Of a stretch of 64,000 nucleotides of DNA, positions 1 through 10,078 are shown one piece after another. The stretch's first letter is position 1. Each line of letters opens with the position of its first letter. The stretch is taken from positions 7,644 to 71,643 of the forward strand of contig JBAXOG010000003.1 of NCBI GenBank assembly GCA_037133395.1. The letters are read 5' to 3'. This DNA is from a bacterium. GTDB lineage: Bacteria; Verrucomicrobiota; Kiritimatiellia; RFP12; UBA1067. The position numbers and the translations under genes were made by a program. Under the pieces are notes generated by a model, which saw nothing but the letters and a program-made list of their open reading frames with translations, was not told the DNA's origin and did not search any database.

Positions 1-413
1 TCCCGCAGCGAACAACGAAATAGGTGTGCCGCTCCGACTGGCACGGTCGCGAAACTGCCCACTGCATCCCAACCGTGACGGGCAACCACCCACAGCATGA
101 CTTCCGCAGGTTTGTCCCCGCAGTTCCGTATCTCCATCTCAACCGCTTCTCGCGTGTTCAGTTTCCAGCCGACCGCAGGCGCTGGCACATCCACCCAGGA
201 ATATACGTTACTGCTCGGCTTCACCTGCAGGCGCAACACCCGTTGAGCACCAACCCCGTCGAACGAAGCGCTCACATCGCGCAACTCGCCCAAATCATCA
301 ACTGTCCGGATATGAGACCAGAGCGGTTCACAGGTTCTGTCGACGGCCACATCGCCCGTCCCTGCTCCGGAGGTTAAGGCCAAAACACAGCAGATCTTGA
401 CGGCTATACTCAC
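1..413 (-). CDS. hypothetical secreted protein, N-terminal part only (gene runs off the left edge)
   Basis: The minus-strand frame stays open from GTG at 411-413 down to base 1 (about 137 codons). It is absent from the ORF track because no stop lies in the window. An AAGGA Shine-Dalgarno-like motif sits a few nt upstream. The predicted N-terminus MSIAVKICCVLALTSGAGTG looks like a signal peptide. The start lies 8 nt after the stop of the upstream esterase gene, which fits operon continuation. Confidence 0.45.
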   Translation of the reverse strand, partial: MSIAVKICCVLALTSGAGTGDVAVDRTCEPLWSHIRTVDDLGELRDVSASFDGVGAQRVLRLQVKPSSNVYSWVDVPAPAVGWKLNTREAVEMEIRNCGDKPAEVMLWVVARHGWDAVGSFATVPVGAAHLFRCSLR

Positions 414-421
414 GGGGTCCT

Positions 422-1978
422 TCACTGGCCGCCCCTCTTTTCCACCTGCCACTGAAACGGTGCCGCAGGCAGACCTGCGGAGTTAAACAGCGTAGCGCAG
501 GGGCTATCCTTCCAAGCATAGCGTACGACCCGTGGCTCGTGGATGGTAGAAACAGTAAGGGTGATCGCATTCTCCTGTGCCATGGCATTTACCGTCACGA
601 ATTTTCCGTCCGCTCCGGCGACCTCAAACCCGCTGTCAGAACTCGGCTTGAACGCGAGACGTTGTTCCTTGTTCCCTGGATCGAAGCGCAAGATTATTTT
701 TTCGCCTGCACACGTCACGCTGACAAGCTTGGGCCCCTTGTCCACGATGTCCTTACCATAGACCTGCTTAAGCGCAACCAGTGCCAGCCGCCGCCCCACC
801 TCCTGCTTGTTCTTCGGATGAATGTTCTTGGGCTCGCCAATATCAATGCCGACCGCCAAACCCGTGTTCGGCACGGTGTCGGCCACAGCCTGCTGCGCGG
901 CGCGAAGAGCCGGCCAGTTGCCGGACCCAGATCCGTAGTTCACCAACTGCATAATTAGGAATGGGAAATCGCCTTGTCCCCAGCCCCTGCGCCAGCCGCC
1001 GATGAGCTGGGTCATCAACTCGGCGTACTCCACCGCCCTCTCGGCATTACTCTCGCCCTGATACCAGATCGCGCCCTTGATGGTCATGGCGGTAAGCGGC
1101 TTGATGCGCGAGAGGTAGCCGGCGCCCACCTTATCGATATGAATCGCGGGCCGAACCCGTTCCTCCTGCGCCGCAGTCAACTTCGGCGTCGGCAGCACCG
1201 GAGCGGGTTGGCCGTTCCGCTTCGCTTCGGCAAAGGCCTTCCGCCATTCCAGCACCGCATGACGATCCGCCTCATATTGCGATTGGAATTCCTGAAGCAC
1301 CTTCTTCGCCGACTCCCGCGCCGCCGCGTATCCGGCCCAGGCTTCGCGCGCTTCCCGAGGCGTCCAGAACTCCGCGGGTGTCCCGCCCGCCGCAGCCACC
1401 ACCAGTCCGACGGGCACATCCAACTGCCGCTGCAACTCCCTGCCAAAGAAATAGCCGACCGCCGAGAAGTCCTTCGTTGTTTCCGGCGAACATGGCAACC
1501 ACGGCTTCTTGCTGAGGGCGGTGAACAATCGGAGGCGTGGATGATTCGCCGCCAGCAATTCCCGTTCACCGTTCATCACGCCGTCCCACCGGCACCATTC
1601 CATGTTCGACTGCCCCGAACAAATCCACACATCGCCCGCCAGAAGATTGGTTAACGTAACGCTGTTCTTTCCCTCGATGGTCAGATCGGGAATGGCACCC
1701 GCCTTGAACACCGGCAGCGTCACGCTCCAGGCATTCGTCCCCGCGCCGACGGTTTTGCCGACAACTTGATTACCGAGTTTAACCACCACGGCCTCGCCCG
1801 CATCGGCCCAGCCTGCGATCTTCGCGGGAACGTCGCGCTGCAAGACCATGTCGCTGCTGAAACAGGGCATCAGGCGGACCTCGCCGAAAGCATTGTCCAG
1901 CGTGACCAGCGACGTCAGCAACAGGGCGACGATCAGGGTATCAGGGCATCGCCCGAATGTTTTATGTTTGTCGTTCAT
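422..1978 (-). CDS. sialate O-acetylesterase family (SASA/DUF303) carbohydrate esterase
   Basis: 518-aa ORF with a hydrophobic N-terminal segment (TLIVALLLTSLVTL). It carries the SASA blocks DVWICSGQSNMEW and AIWYQGESN. A 4-nt overlap with the upstream gene indicates an operon. Confidence 0.85.
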   Translation of the reverse strand: MNDKHKTFGRCPDTLIVALLLTSLVTLDNAFGEVRLMPCFSSDMVLQRDVPAKIAGWADAGEAVVVKLGNQVVGKTVGAGTNAWSVTLPVFKAGAIPDLTIEGKNSVTLTNLLAGDVWICSGQSNMEWCRWDGVMNGERELLAANHPRLRLFTALSKKPWLPCSPETTKDFSAVGYFFGRELQRQLDVPVGLVVAAAGGTPAEFWTPREAREAWAGYAAARESAKKVLQEFQSQYEADRHAVLEWRKAFAEAKRNGQPAPVLPTPKLTAAQEERVRPAIHIDKVGAGYLSRIKPLTAMTIKGAIWYQGESNAERAVEYAELMTQLIGGWRRGWGQGDFPFLIMQLVNYGSGSGNWPALRAAQQAVADTVPNTGLAVGIDIGEPKNIHPKNKQEVGRRLALVALKQVYGKDIVDKGPKLVSVTCAGEKIILRFDPGNKEQRLAFKPSSDSGFEVAGADGKFVTVNAMAQENAITLTVSTIHEPRVVRYAWKDSPCATLFNSAGLPAAPFQWQVEKRGGQ

Positions 1979-3228
1979 AGTTGCACACTCAGATTCTTGA
2001 TGGGAATCACGGCCAGTTCTGCGCTGTTGTTATTCATTTGTTGTGTGCCAGAGCCGACACGACCCACCTTGCCGCCACTGTTGGAGTAGCCGACATAGAG
2101 ATAGCCGTTGTGTTCAACGGCATCTGGATACGAGAGGTAGACCTGGGGGTGCGATTCTCCGGGACCTTCTGGAAACAGCGAGGGACGAATCATAAAAACG
2201 CTTTTGAACACGGTCTCCCCTGGTCGGGTCACCGCGATGGTCAAGGGCGTCCGTGCATGGTTGCTGTCAGCGCTGGTGGTGCAGATGAGATAGTTCTGTC
2301 CTGTACTCAAGGTGCCCGCGCAGGGCTTGCTGGTAGCCATGGGAAGATTCGAAGGACGCGATTCCGTCCAGGTCCGGCCAGCATCTTCGCTCCGAGCCAT
2401 GAGCGCCTTTGCCTCCGCTCCATAACGAGCGATATTGATTACCTGCTTGCCGTTAACGATGACGGCAGACTCACCCCATATCTCTGCACCAGACGAAACA
2501 GGAATCATGACCAGGTCCCACTTCATGAAATCATCGCCATGACTAATGGCCACTGCAGGCGGATTGATTCCTTTCTTCCGGTATTTCTCCAGTCGAACGC
2601 CAGACATAATCCAGTTCCCGTCCAGCATTTTGATGGGAGCCTGAAGCGCCCAGAATCCTCCCCCGATGACGATTCCCCTTGCTTCCCAGGTGCCGTCATC
2701 ATTATAGGTGTACGCCCGCGTGGCAGTATCGACATATCCCCGGCGATAGCTCCCGTTGAATGACCACAGCTTGCCTTGATGAACCGCGAAAACACCGTGG
2801 CTAACGCCAATGCCGTCTTTTCCCGAATCAATCGTACGGACCTCGCCCCACGTTTTCCCGTCATCCGTGCTGATGCGATAGCGGGCTTCCTCCGCTGGAG
2901 TATTTTCACCTTCCCTGTTGTGCCCAAACGAAGCAAAGAGTTGCTCCTTGTACCACGCTACCGCCACGCCATGCAAAAATCGATACCCATCTTTCTGAAA
3001 TTCATAAGGCTTGATGATGGAAAAGCGCACGCCAGGAATCAATAGCAACTCGGACCGCTTAGGAACGGGCTTAGACGGATCCCACAACGGTCCGGGCTCT
3101 CCTGCGGTCTGTGTCGCAATCACTGGGCGATTCGGATCCTTTGCCTTCGCTGGATCCTCGGCACGCAATAATTCCGCGTAGCCCAAAACTAATGTTACCG
3201 AAAACATGAGATACAGATTTCTTTTCAT
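1975..3228 (-). CDS. BNR/Asp-box repeat sialidase-like glycosidase
   Basis: The ORF track gives 1975..3393. I prefer the internal ATG at 3228, which begins MKRNLYLMFSVTLVLGY (signal peptide). Asp-box motifs STDDGKTW and SEDAGRTW are present. I did not see a canonical FRIP motif, so true sialidase activity is not assured. Confidence 0.7.
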   Translation of the reverse strand: MKRNLYLMFSVTLVLGYAELLRAEDPAKAKDPNRPVIATQTAGEPGPLWDPSKPVPKRSELLLIPGVRFSIIKPYEFQKDGYRFLHGVAVAWYKEQLFASFGHNREGENTPAEEARYRISTDDGKTWGEVRTIDSGKDGIGVSHGVFAVHQGKLWSFNGSYRRGYVDTATRAYTYNDDGTWEARGIVIGGGFWALQAPIKMLDGNWIMSGVRLEKYRKKGINPPAVAISHGDDFMKWDLVMIPVSSGAEIWGESAVIVNGKQVINIARYGAEAKALMARSEDAGRTWTESRPSNLPMATSKPCAGTLSTGQNYLICTTSADSNHARTPLTIAVTRPGETVFKSVFMIRPSLFPEGPGESHPQVYLSYPDAVEHNGYLYVGYSNSGGKVGRVGSGTQQMNNNSAELAVIPIKNLSVQL

Positions 3229-3245
3229 ACTTATTTTTTCCTCTC

Positions 3246-4631
3246 TTACTTCCGCAACCGACACAACGTGAACGTATGAGGCTTCGGTTGCGCCGCTAGC
3301 CGAGCAGCATTCACGGCGTCCAGCATTTCGCGACGCAAATCCGCCTCGTGCGATTTGCTCTGCAGATAGTTCTTCCGCAACATCGCAGCCCATGAGCTAT
3401 TTGTGCCGGCGATCTTTGGCAGTGCCAAATCCAGCTCCGCGGATGCCCGTGCCGCGTCAAGCGGACGTTTCGCGTCAGGCCATGCGTTGTGCTCGATGAA
3501 GGCAATCGAGCGTAGTTTGGATTCCGCCTGCCATTTTTTTGCGAACGCCGCCTTGACTGCCAACGACTGTTGGAACTGCGGTGTCTCCACCTCGCCCGCT
3601 AGGTTCACGCCTTCCGCGAGTTGCGCGGCCGTGAACGAGCGGATCTTTTTGCTGTCGATGCTCAACTCATAATCGCCCTGGGACAACCCGCGGACTATTA
3701 GCGTCTCTTGGTTGAACTCCTGCGTAAAAGGCACAAAATCCAACGCCGCCCTGGCGCTCGTCTCGACTGGAAATGGCAGTGCCTTCTCAATGCAGGTGAA
3801 GGAGATTCCATTTGGCAGTTTGCGAACGCCCGTCACATCGCAGTTCTCGTTGGCATCCGCCTGGGTGGCGGCGACATCGACGCTGATGCGGGAGACCACG
3901 CCGGACAGCTTCTGCGCACGGAGCAACTCATAGGCCATGACCATGTGGCCTGGCTGAGTTGGATGCACCCTGTCAGGGCCGACGATACTGAAATGCGGAT
4001 CCCGCTTCTGCTGTTCGGCATTGATCGCCGACATCGATCCGTTGAAGTCAACGGTTGCCAGTTTAAATTCCTCGGCGATGGCCTGCATACGGGCGGCATA
4101 TCCCGCCAACGCTGCGCCGCAGCCTGGAAGATTAGGGGTTGTCAGATCGGCCGTGTCGTCGAAAATGGAAGGTTTGATGAGAATCACCTTCGCGCCGGAA
4201 TCGAGCAACGACTTCGTCAATGTGCGTAGGGAATGATCATAGGTTTCGGCGCGCTCTTTGCACTTTTTGTCAAAATCCTGACTGTCTTGATATTTATAAA
4301 AACTCCGCCCCACGTCGTTCATGCCCAGCATCACCGAGACGACCGTCGGCTTTGCCTCCAAACAATCCCATTGCAGTCGTCTCAGTGCGCCTGGTGCGGT
4401 CTCTCCCCTGATACCGCAATCGACGACCTCCAGTTGTTGCGTGGGAAACCGCGTGTAGTAAAACAGCTCGACGTAACGATGATAATAGCCGCCCTCCGTG
4501 ATGCTGTCACCCAGCACACACCAGCGGTCGCCGGTTTGAAAGGGTGTGACCGCGACAGCCACGTGCAAGACGGCCAGAGGCGCCAAGAGCGATACGGCGA
4601 TCATTTGTTTCTTAATACGTTGATTTATCAC
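3246..4631 (-). CDS. SGNH/GDSL-family hydrolase (putative carbohydrate esterase) with extra C-terminal domain
   Basis: 461-aa ORF with a signal peptide. It carries SGNH block I (VLGDSITEG), MLGMNDV, and a block V-like DRVHPT (D-x-x-H). Confidence 0.8.
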   Translation of the reverse strand: MINQRIKKQMIAVSLLAPLAVLHVAVAVTPFQTGDRWCVLGDSITEGGYYHRYVELFYYTRFPTQQLEVVDCGIRGETAPGALRRLQWDCLEAKPTVVSVMLGMNDVGRSFYKYQDSQDFDKKCKERAETYDHSLRTLTKSLLDSGAKVILIKPSIFDDTADLTTPNLPGCGAALAGYAARMQAIAEEFKLATVDFNGSMSAINAEQQKRDPHFSIVGPDRVHPTQPGHMVMAYELLRAQKLSGVVSRISVDVAATQADANENCDVTGVRKLPNGISFTCIEKALPFPVETSARAALDFVPFTQEFNQETLIVRGLSQGDYELSIDSKKIRSFTAAQLAEGVNLAGEVETPQFQQSLAVKAAFAKKWQAESKLRSIAFIEHNAWPDAKRPLDAARASAELDLALPKIAGTNSSWAAMLRKNYLQSKSHEADLRREMLDAVNAARLAAQPKPHTFTLCRLRK

Positions 4632-4709
4632 AGGTCACTTTCCGGTCTGCTTTATGGTACTTTTTTTGACGACAGCGAGTTGCTCCTCAATATCGTATTT
4701 CATAACGGG

Positions 4710-6509
4710 TTATTTCAGGGAACTGAGCGGTATCCGCACGTTGAAGGCGCCTTCACCCTTGTCATCTGGAGTTGTAGCAAATAGCAGCACGGCAGGACGA
4801 TTGTTGTCAAAGAACAGTTGAGGCCGTTCCAGTGCCTTCATTTTCTGCCTCTGCCCATCCGCCCACACGATCTCGGTCGTTGCCACCAATGGGTGCTTGG
4901 CCAGCCGCCAGTCAATGCCATCGTCGGATTGCCAGAGCGCCGTGGACCGGCCCGCGCCAGTAAAGAAACCGGCATTGTCTTTGACAATCGCCCAGTAACG
5001 CTGGCCATCGCACCAGATAAACGGATCCTCGGCAGCGAAATGCACCCCCTCTTTCACGAAGACTGGGTTCGGATATTTTGTGAAAGGTCCCGTCGGGCTG
5101 TCGCTTGTCGCCACACAGTGTAACACTGGACCATAAAACGGTGGCTTACCTTTGTCCCCGACCGCCTTATAGGCCATCAAGTAACCGCCGCCAGGGCGTG
5201 CGGCCACGCTCGGGTTGTTGCAACACGTCGCGTCGTAAAACCCGGGCGTCGGCGCCACCAGCGGTTTGTCAAACCGCGTCCACGGTCCGTCGGGCGAATC
5301 CGCTACAGCCACGCCGATGCGCTGGTGGTTGCGATGAACCCAGTTCAATCCCTTCGTCTGTTCACGGTCACCGACATTGCCCATGTAGTAGAGGTAAAAC
5401 TTCTTCCCGAAGCGCTGCACGGTCGGATTGTGCGTGCAGTGGCCGTCCCAGAACGCTTTGCCCCGCTCCGGCAACGCCACATCCTTGTGTTTGAACGGCC
5501 CCAGCGGCGTATCGCCCACCGCGTGCGCGACTTCCGAGTGCGTGACCCAAGCGTTGAACCCGAGTTTGTGCGGCCAGCGCGAGTAGAACAGGTGGCATTT
5601 GCCATCATCACCGCGCACCATGGTTCCACACCAGACGTAGTAATCAGGATCACTGAACTTCGACGTGGCCGGTACTGGCTGGATCATTGCGGCGAAATCG
5701 TAATCGGGCGACGTGCTGCTGGCTGCCAGCAACGTCTGGATGCTTTTCGCGACCTGTTTTCCCAGCACCTCGGAACCCACGGCCTGAAAATGGACGTTTC
5801 GCGGAATCTGCAACTTGTCCAACTGCGGCATGACCGTTGCCCACAGGTCGTTGACGGGTATCTTCTCCTCGGCCATGACCCTGCGGGCCGCGTCGTTGTA
5901 AGCAACCTCGCTGCCCTTCACATACTTTTCAGCCTGACTGTCGGGAATCGGCGTTGTGGTGGCGAAGATCAGTTTCGCACCGGTCTGCCTCAGTCGCGCC
6001 ACGATCAGACGCAGGTTCTTCTCATACTGGTCGAGCGGCACGTTGGGTTTGGCACCGTTGAGCGGACTAGCATAGTTACCTTTCGCATCTTTGTCCGAGC
6101 CGTCCGCAAAACGGTAGCTGGCGTCATGCAGGCCATGATTAAAATGAATCACATCCCATTTTGCATTCCCGCCCGCCAGCCAACGCTCCAGCCCATAAGA
6201 ACCGAGTGCCGTTTTGGTGGAGCCTCCATTGCCCAGAACGCGGTGAACATTGGCCTTGCCGGCCAATTCCTTTCGAACAACCATCGTGTACGCAATGGAA
6301 ACAGAATCACCAATCAGCAAAACCCGGGGCAGTTTAGGGTCATCCACGACCGGGACCATCGCGGGATCCACATTAGCAGGTTTGGCAGCCGCAATCGGCG
6401 ATCTCGTATCCTTGGCTGATTGCGCATGTAGCGTTCCCGCCATGGCCATGACAATACTGACGGCCGCAGCTCCAGCGAACCAAGAAACGTTTATCCTTTT
6501 CGCGTTCAT
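4710..6509 (-). CDS. fusion of SGNH esterase domain and GH43/GH117-like beta-propeller domain
   Basis: 599-aa ORF with a signal peptide (AAAVSIVMAMAGTLHA). The N-terminal half has SGNH block I (LLIGDSVSI). The C-terminal ~310 aa has blade-like repeats (CHLFYSRW, KKFYLYYMG, GGYLMAYKA, QRYWAIVKD) typical of five-bladed propeller glycosidases. The family assignment of the C-terminal half is tentative. Confidence 0.65.
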   Translation of the reverse strand: MNAKRINVSWFAGAAAVSIVMAMAGTLHAQSAKDTRSPIAAAKPANVDPAMVPVVDDPKLPRVLLIGDSVSIAYTMVVRKELAGKANVHRVLGNGGSTKTALGSYGLERWLAGGNAKWDVIHFNHGLHDASYRFADGSDKDAKGNYASPLNGAKPNVPLDQYEKNLRLIVARLRQTGAKLIFATTTPIPDSQAEKYVKGSEVAYNDAARRVMAEEKIPVNDLWATVMPQLDKLQIPRNVHFQAVGSEVLGKQVAKSIQTLLAASSTSPDYDFAAMIQPVPATSKFSDPDYYVWCGTMVRGDDGKCHLFYSRWPHKLGFNAWVTHSEVAHAVGDTPLGPFKHKDVALPERGKAFWDGHCTHNPTVQRFGKKFYLYYMGNVGDREQTKGLNWVHRNHQRIGVAVADSPDGPWTRFDKPLVAPTPGFYDATCCNNPSVAARPGGGYLMAYKAVGDKGKPPFYGPVLHCVATSDSPTGPFTKYPNPVFVKEGVHFAAEDPFIWCDGQRYWAIVKDNAGFFTGAGRSTALWQSDDGIDWRLAKHPLVATTEIVWADGQRQKMKALERPQLFFDNNRPAVLLFATTPDDKGEGAFNVRIPLSSLK

Positions 6510-6552
6510 CTTCTTCCCCTTTGGTTATTGACTGTGTTTGATATTTTCTAAA

Positions 6553-9500
6553 TTACTCGACGATCTCCACTTCCACCGCGCCATCCGCATGCGACAGAGC
6601 CAACGTAAGCGTACGTGTCGCCGCATCCCATGTATTGACCTTGGCGGCTGTGGCCGGTGTGATCGTCACCTTGGGCTGTGCCTTACACGTTAAACGGATC
6701 TCGGTATCACGTTCAGGATATTCGGTATTCGCCTGAAGCCAGAGCCGCGTGTTAACGCCTTCGAACTTGCCCATCAGATAGGCGTGCGGTGCGATCTTGC
6801 CGGCCATCGACTGGAAGAGGCCTCTCCCTTTCAGCGGCACTGAGTATGTTTCCGTCACGTCCTGGTTCTCGTGGCTGTTGAGCACCGCCAGCGTGTCACC
6901 TACGAGCGTCACCAGGGCGTCGCCCGCATAGAACAAAGGGTAGGCCTGGTCAAAACGCGCCTTGACCTTTGCGGCGCCATCCAGTTGCGAGAGCGGCAGT
7001 GTCTGGATGCCATGACCGAGATCCATTTTGCCTTGCGGAAAGACAGGGAAGTAGTAGTAGCGGCCGGTGTTGGGGAAGAACTCCATCAGTGTGCCGGGGA
7101 TGACGCCAACATCACGGAAGCCATACGTCCCGCGATAGAGTGCCTCCCATTCGTAGTAGTACGGATCGCTGTTTTTCGTTTGGGGGACACCGTCGTTGTA
7201 GACCGCCAGACGGATCTGCTCCCGCACTTGGTCCTTGGTGGGGATCAATTGATGTTTAATCAAGCCGCGCAGGAAGGGCTCCATGAAGCGGTAAAACGCT
7301 GGCGTCAACTCGCCTTTGTTGGTCCAGTGCGCCATCGGATTATACGTCTTGGGGAATCCGTCCTTCGCGATTTTCCAGCCCGCGCGGACCGGCATCGTGC
7401 CGGTCTGCCCCTCGAAGCTGAAGACACTGCATCCGCGGCTGATACCCATCAGGAAGTTGAGATTCCAGAAGTTACGCGGCATGTCGCAGGCCTCGCCGCC
7501 ACGCTGACCGCAAATCTCACCCAACTTGCGGAAACCGGTCTGCTGCCAGTACCAGCCCCCGTCTTCCCATGCGCCCTGAGCAATGATCCCGCCCGTCAGA
7601 TACAACCCCAGCACGGAACTTTGCGAGACAAACTGGCGATGCAGGATGTTGTTCTTCTGTGCGAAGATCAGGTGGTCGGCGTACTCGTTCATCAACGCGC
7701 CTTGCTTGGCATAAAGCGCCTCCCACTTATTCTCGCCAGGGTAGGTGCCGTCCGCATCGTAGAAAATGCGCCCGTATTTTCCGCACAATTTGAGCAGGCG
7801 GTTCATGTAGACTTGGTTCGCTCCGCCGTGGTAGTGGGCGCTGAGCGTTTCCCCTCCCATGATTCCAATCACGTTGGTGTAGGTCTGGAAGACCTCCTCC
7901 ACGGCTGCCAACGGCATCCAGTAGGAGATGGGCCCGGGGCCATGGGTTCTCATAAACGTCATCTGTCCCGTGGCCTGCAAAGGCTTAAAGAACTCGATCG
8001 GCGTTGAAATGTTGTAGCAGTTGAAGGCCACATAAGGCTTCAGATCCGCTGGAATGGTGTTGGTGAAAAGCGACAGATCAGTGACCGAGTGGCCTTCGAT
8101 CGTGATGAGTGGGTGAGCAGGCGAGATGACCAACGACACGGGCCGCTTGGCATGGTCGTTGTTGACCTCGAACCGGCGCGTGGCAGACCAAGCACCCGCG
8201 CGGTCAGGCTCCCTTGCGCGTATCCGCCAGAACCAAAGGCCAACACCCGGCAACTCCTTGTCGGCTGGCATGAAGTACGGGACATCAATTTCCGAACGAA
8301 CCTTGAAAGAAACTGGCGCAGAGAACTGCTCGTCCCTCGCCACTTGCACTTCATAATCCAATGCGCCCTTCACCTGACGCCACTTGAAGAAGGTCGCAAG
8401 ATCTGTCATCTTCAACCCGTCTGAAGGGAAAATCAATTCCGGGGAAGCAAAGCCGACCGGCTCCAAGCGTACTCCCTCCAGACGCGTTCCCTCCGGCTGC
8501 TGGACTTCGAGGATGAAGGCTTGACGCTTGCCGGTCCATTGAGTCAAAGCCGTAAAATCAACGTCCTTCTCTCCTGGTTGATCGAGTGTCAGCACGTTGC
8601 GAAGCGCCTGCGCTAAACCCAGCGAGCGCACACCGATCGTGATAGGATTCTTAACAGATGCCGAAGCCGCCTTTGCGGTCAACCGATAGCCACGCTGGAA
8701 ATCCAGTTCTAACGCCGCGTACTTTTTTGTTTCGTTCCCGATCATCTTGGATGCCGCGCCGAAGGACTCCTGATAGAGGCTCACCGTGCCAGCTTGCAGC
8801 GGTTGTCCGGAGAGGAAGACTGCACAGGAGCTGTTAAGGTGCGGCACCTGCTCACGCGTGATCGCAGCATAAGTCCTGCGCGTCTGATTCCAAACCCCCG
8901 CGTCGCCACAGGACGCGACAAAGGCGAACCCCAGATCAAGCGGACGCTCCTTTGTAAATGCGTAAGGGAACTGCTCCTGCACCGGATCGATGAAGCGAAT
9001 TAAGAATCCCGAATTCGAGAAGGACCAGATGCTGTCACCCGGCAATGAACGAGTCACCTCTTTCGTCGTCAAGAAACCGATGCCATTGCCGAGTTCCGAG
9101 TCCACGCCCACCCAGCACCGTTCACTTCGCCAACCGAGACGGGTGAAACTGTTTTCTGAACCGGACAGCAGAATGCGCTTGGGTTCCCGCGGATCCTGAT
9201 ACTTGAAGCGCAGTTTCCCTTTTAGGAGATTTCCATAATCCCCAGCCATCGCCGCGCCATGTTCCACATAAGCCAGATAGCGGGTCTTGTCATCCAGCGT
9301 CCCAAAGATCGCGCGATAGGTCAAGATCGGCTGTCCGGGCAACAGCGTGTAGCTCTCCGTCCAGGTGATGTTTCCTGCAAATCCGCCGAACCCCTTGACC
9401 AATTTCAACGTGGCCGAGCCATCCGGCTCAACCTTGGCCTCCCCGCTGACAAGCCGTGCTTCGCTTAAGCTGATCAAGCCCATGGCCTTGACCTTTTCAG

Positions 9501-10056
9501 CGGGTATCCCCATCAGACGTCCTCGTCTTTCCGAATCAAGCCAGCCCTCAAGCCGCGAGCCGGTCAAAAGTTGCCGTTTCGATGTGTTAGCGATCCGTTC
9601 GACTTGGGGACCCTCATACGAAAGGGACCATTGCTTTTCCCGATACTCGAACATCAGAATACCATTGCTGAGTTTAGCCGTACCCTCCGCCGAATTGAAA
9701 ACCGCCGAACTTATTTTCAACACGTCCTCCCACTTCGGCGCGGCTTCCAACGTTAGTTCCATACGCTCGCTGGGTTTCAGCGAGAGATAAGCGCGGACCC
9801 CCTTGATGCCATTCTCAACACTCGGCAACAACGTGACCGGCTGTCCGAGTGTGGTCATCGCCTTGAGCGGCGTACCCTCCGGCAGTTTGAGACTCCCATA
9901 GAGAACCGCATCCGGTATCGTAATCGCCGTGGCATAAACCGGCTTATCGGCACAGTTGACCACGGTCAAACAATTCGAATTATTCGGATTCTCTACTGCC
10001 AATACTGCGGTCAATGGCGTCAACAACAAAGCGGCGGCAAGCATGCATTTGCGCAT
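6553..10056 (-). CDS. large secreted multidomain protein of unknown function (putative glycan-active enzyme)
   Basis: The ORF track gives 6553..10143. I prefer ATG 10056, which has an AGGAGG Shine-Dalgarno 8 nt upstream and a signal peptide (MRKCMLAAALLLTPLTAVLA). The central segment FKWRQVKGALDYEVQVARDEQFSAPV...LWFWRIRA resembles the beta-sandwich found N-terminal to heparinase II/III-like enzymes (DUF4962-like). I recognise no catalytic family. Confidence 0.7.
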   Translation of the reverse strand: MRKCMLAAALLLTPLTAVLAVENPNNSNCLTVVNCADKPVYATAITIPDAVLYGSLKLPEGTPLKAMTTLGQPVTLLPSVENGIKGVRAYLSLKPSERMELTLEAAPKWEDVLKISSAVFNSAEGTAKLSNGILMFEYREKQWSLSYEGPQVERIANTSKRQLLTGSRLEGWLDSERRGRLMGIPAEKVKAMGLISLSEARLVSGEAKVEPDGSATLKLVKGFGGFAGNITWTESYTLLPGQPILTYRAIFGTLDDKTRYLAYVEHGAAMAGDYGNLLKGKLRFKYQDPREPKRILLSGSENSFTRLGWRSERCWVGVDSELGNGIGFLTTKEVTRSLPGDSIWSFSNSGFLIRFIDPVQEQFPYAFTKERPLDLGFAFVASCGDAGVWNQTRRTYAAITREQVPHLNSSCAVFLSGQPLQAGTVSLYQESFGAASKMIGNETKKYAALELDFQRGYRLTAKAASASVKNPITIGVRSLGLAQALRNVLTLDQPGEKDVDFTALTQWTGKRQAFILEVQQPEGTRLEGVRLEPVGFASPELIFPSDGLKMTDLATFFKWRQVKGALDYEVQVARDEQFSAPVSFKVRSEIDVPYFMPADKELPGVGLWFWRIRAREPDRAGAWSATRRFEVNNDHAKRPVSLVISPAHPLITIEGHSVTDLSLFTNTIPADLKPYVAFNCYNISTPIEFFKPLQATGQMTFMRTHGPGPISYWMPLAAVEEVFQTYTNVIGIMGGETLSAHYHGGANQVYMNRLLKLCGKYGRIFYDADGTYPGENKWEALYAKQGALMNEYADHLIFAQKNNILHRQFVSQSSVLGLYLTGGIIAQGAWEDGGWYWQQTGFRKLGEICGQRGGEACDMPRNFWNLNFLMGISRGCSVFSFEGQTGTMPVRAGWKIAKDGFPKTYNPMAHWTNKGELTPAFYRFMEPFLRGLIKHQLIPTKDQVREQIRLAVYNDGVPQTKNSDPYYYEWEALYRGTYGFRDVGVIPGTLMEFFPNTGRYYYFPVFPQGKMDLGHGIQTLPLSQLDGAAKVKARFDQAYPLFYAGDALVTLVGDTLAVLNSHENQDVTETYSVPLKGRGLFQSMAGKIAPHAYLMGKFEGVNTRLWLQANTEYPERDTEIRLTCKAQPKVTITPATAAKVNTWDAATRTLTLALSHADGAVEVEIVE

Positions 10057-10078
10057 CAAAATTCCTCCTAAAAATGAT

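Noticed and set aside
24-377. 117-aa plus-strand ORF at the left edge
   Set aside because: It has no Shine-Dalgarno or recognisable motif. The opposite strand has an edge-spanning open frame with a Shine-Dalgarno, a signal peptide and operon continuity, which explains the region better.
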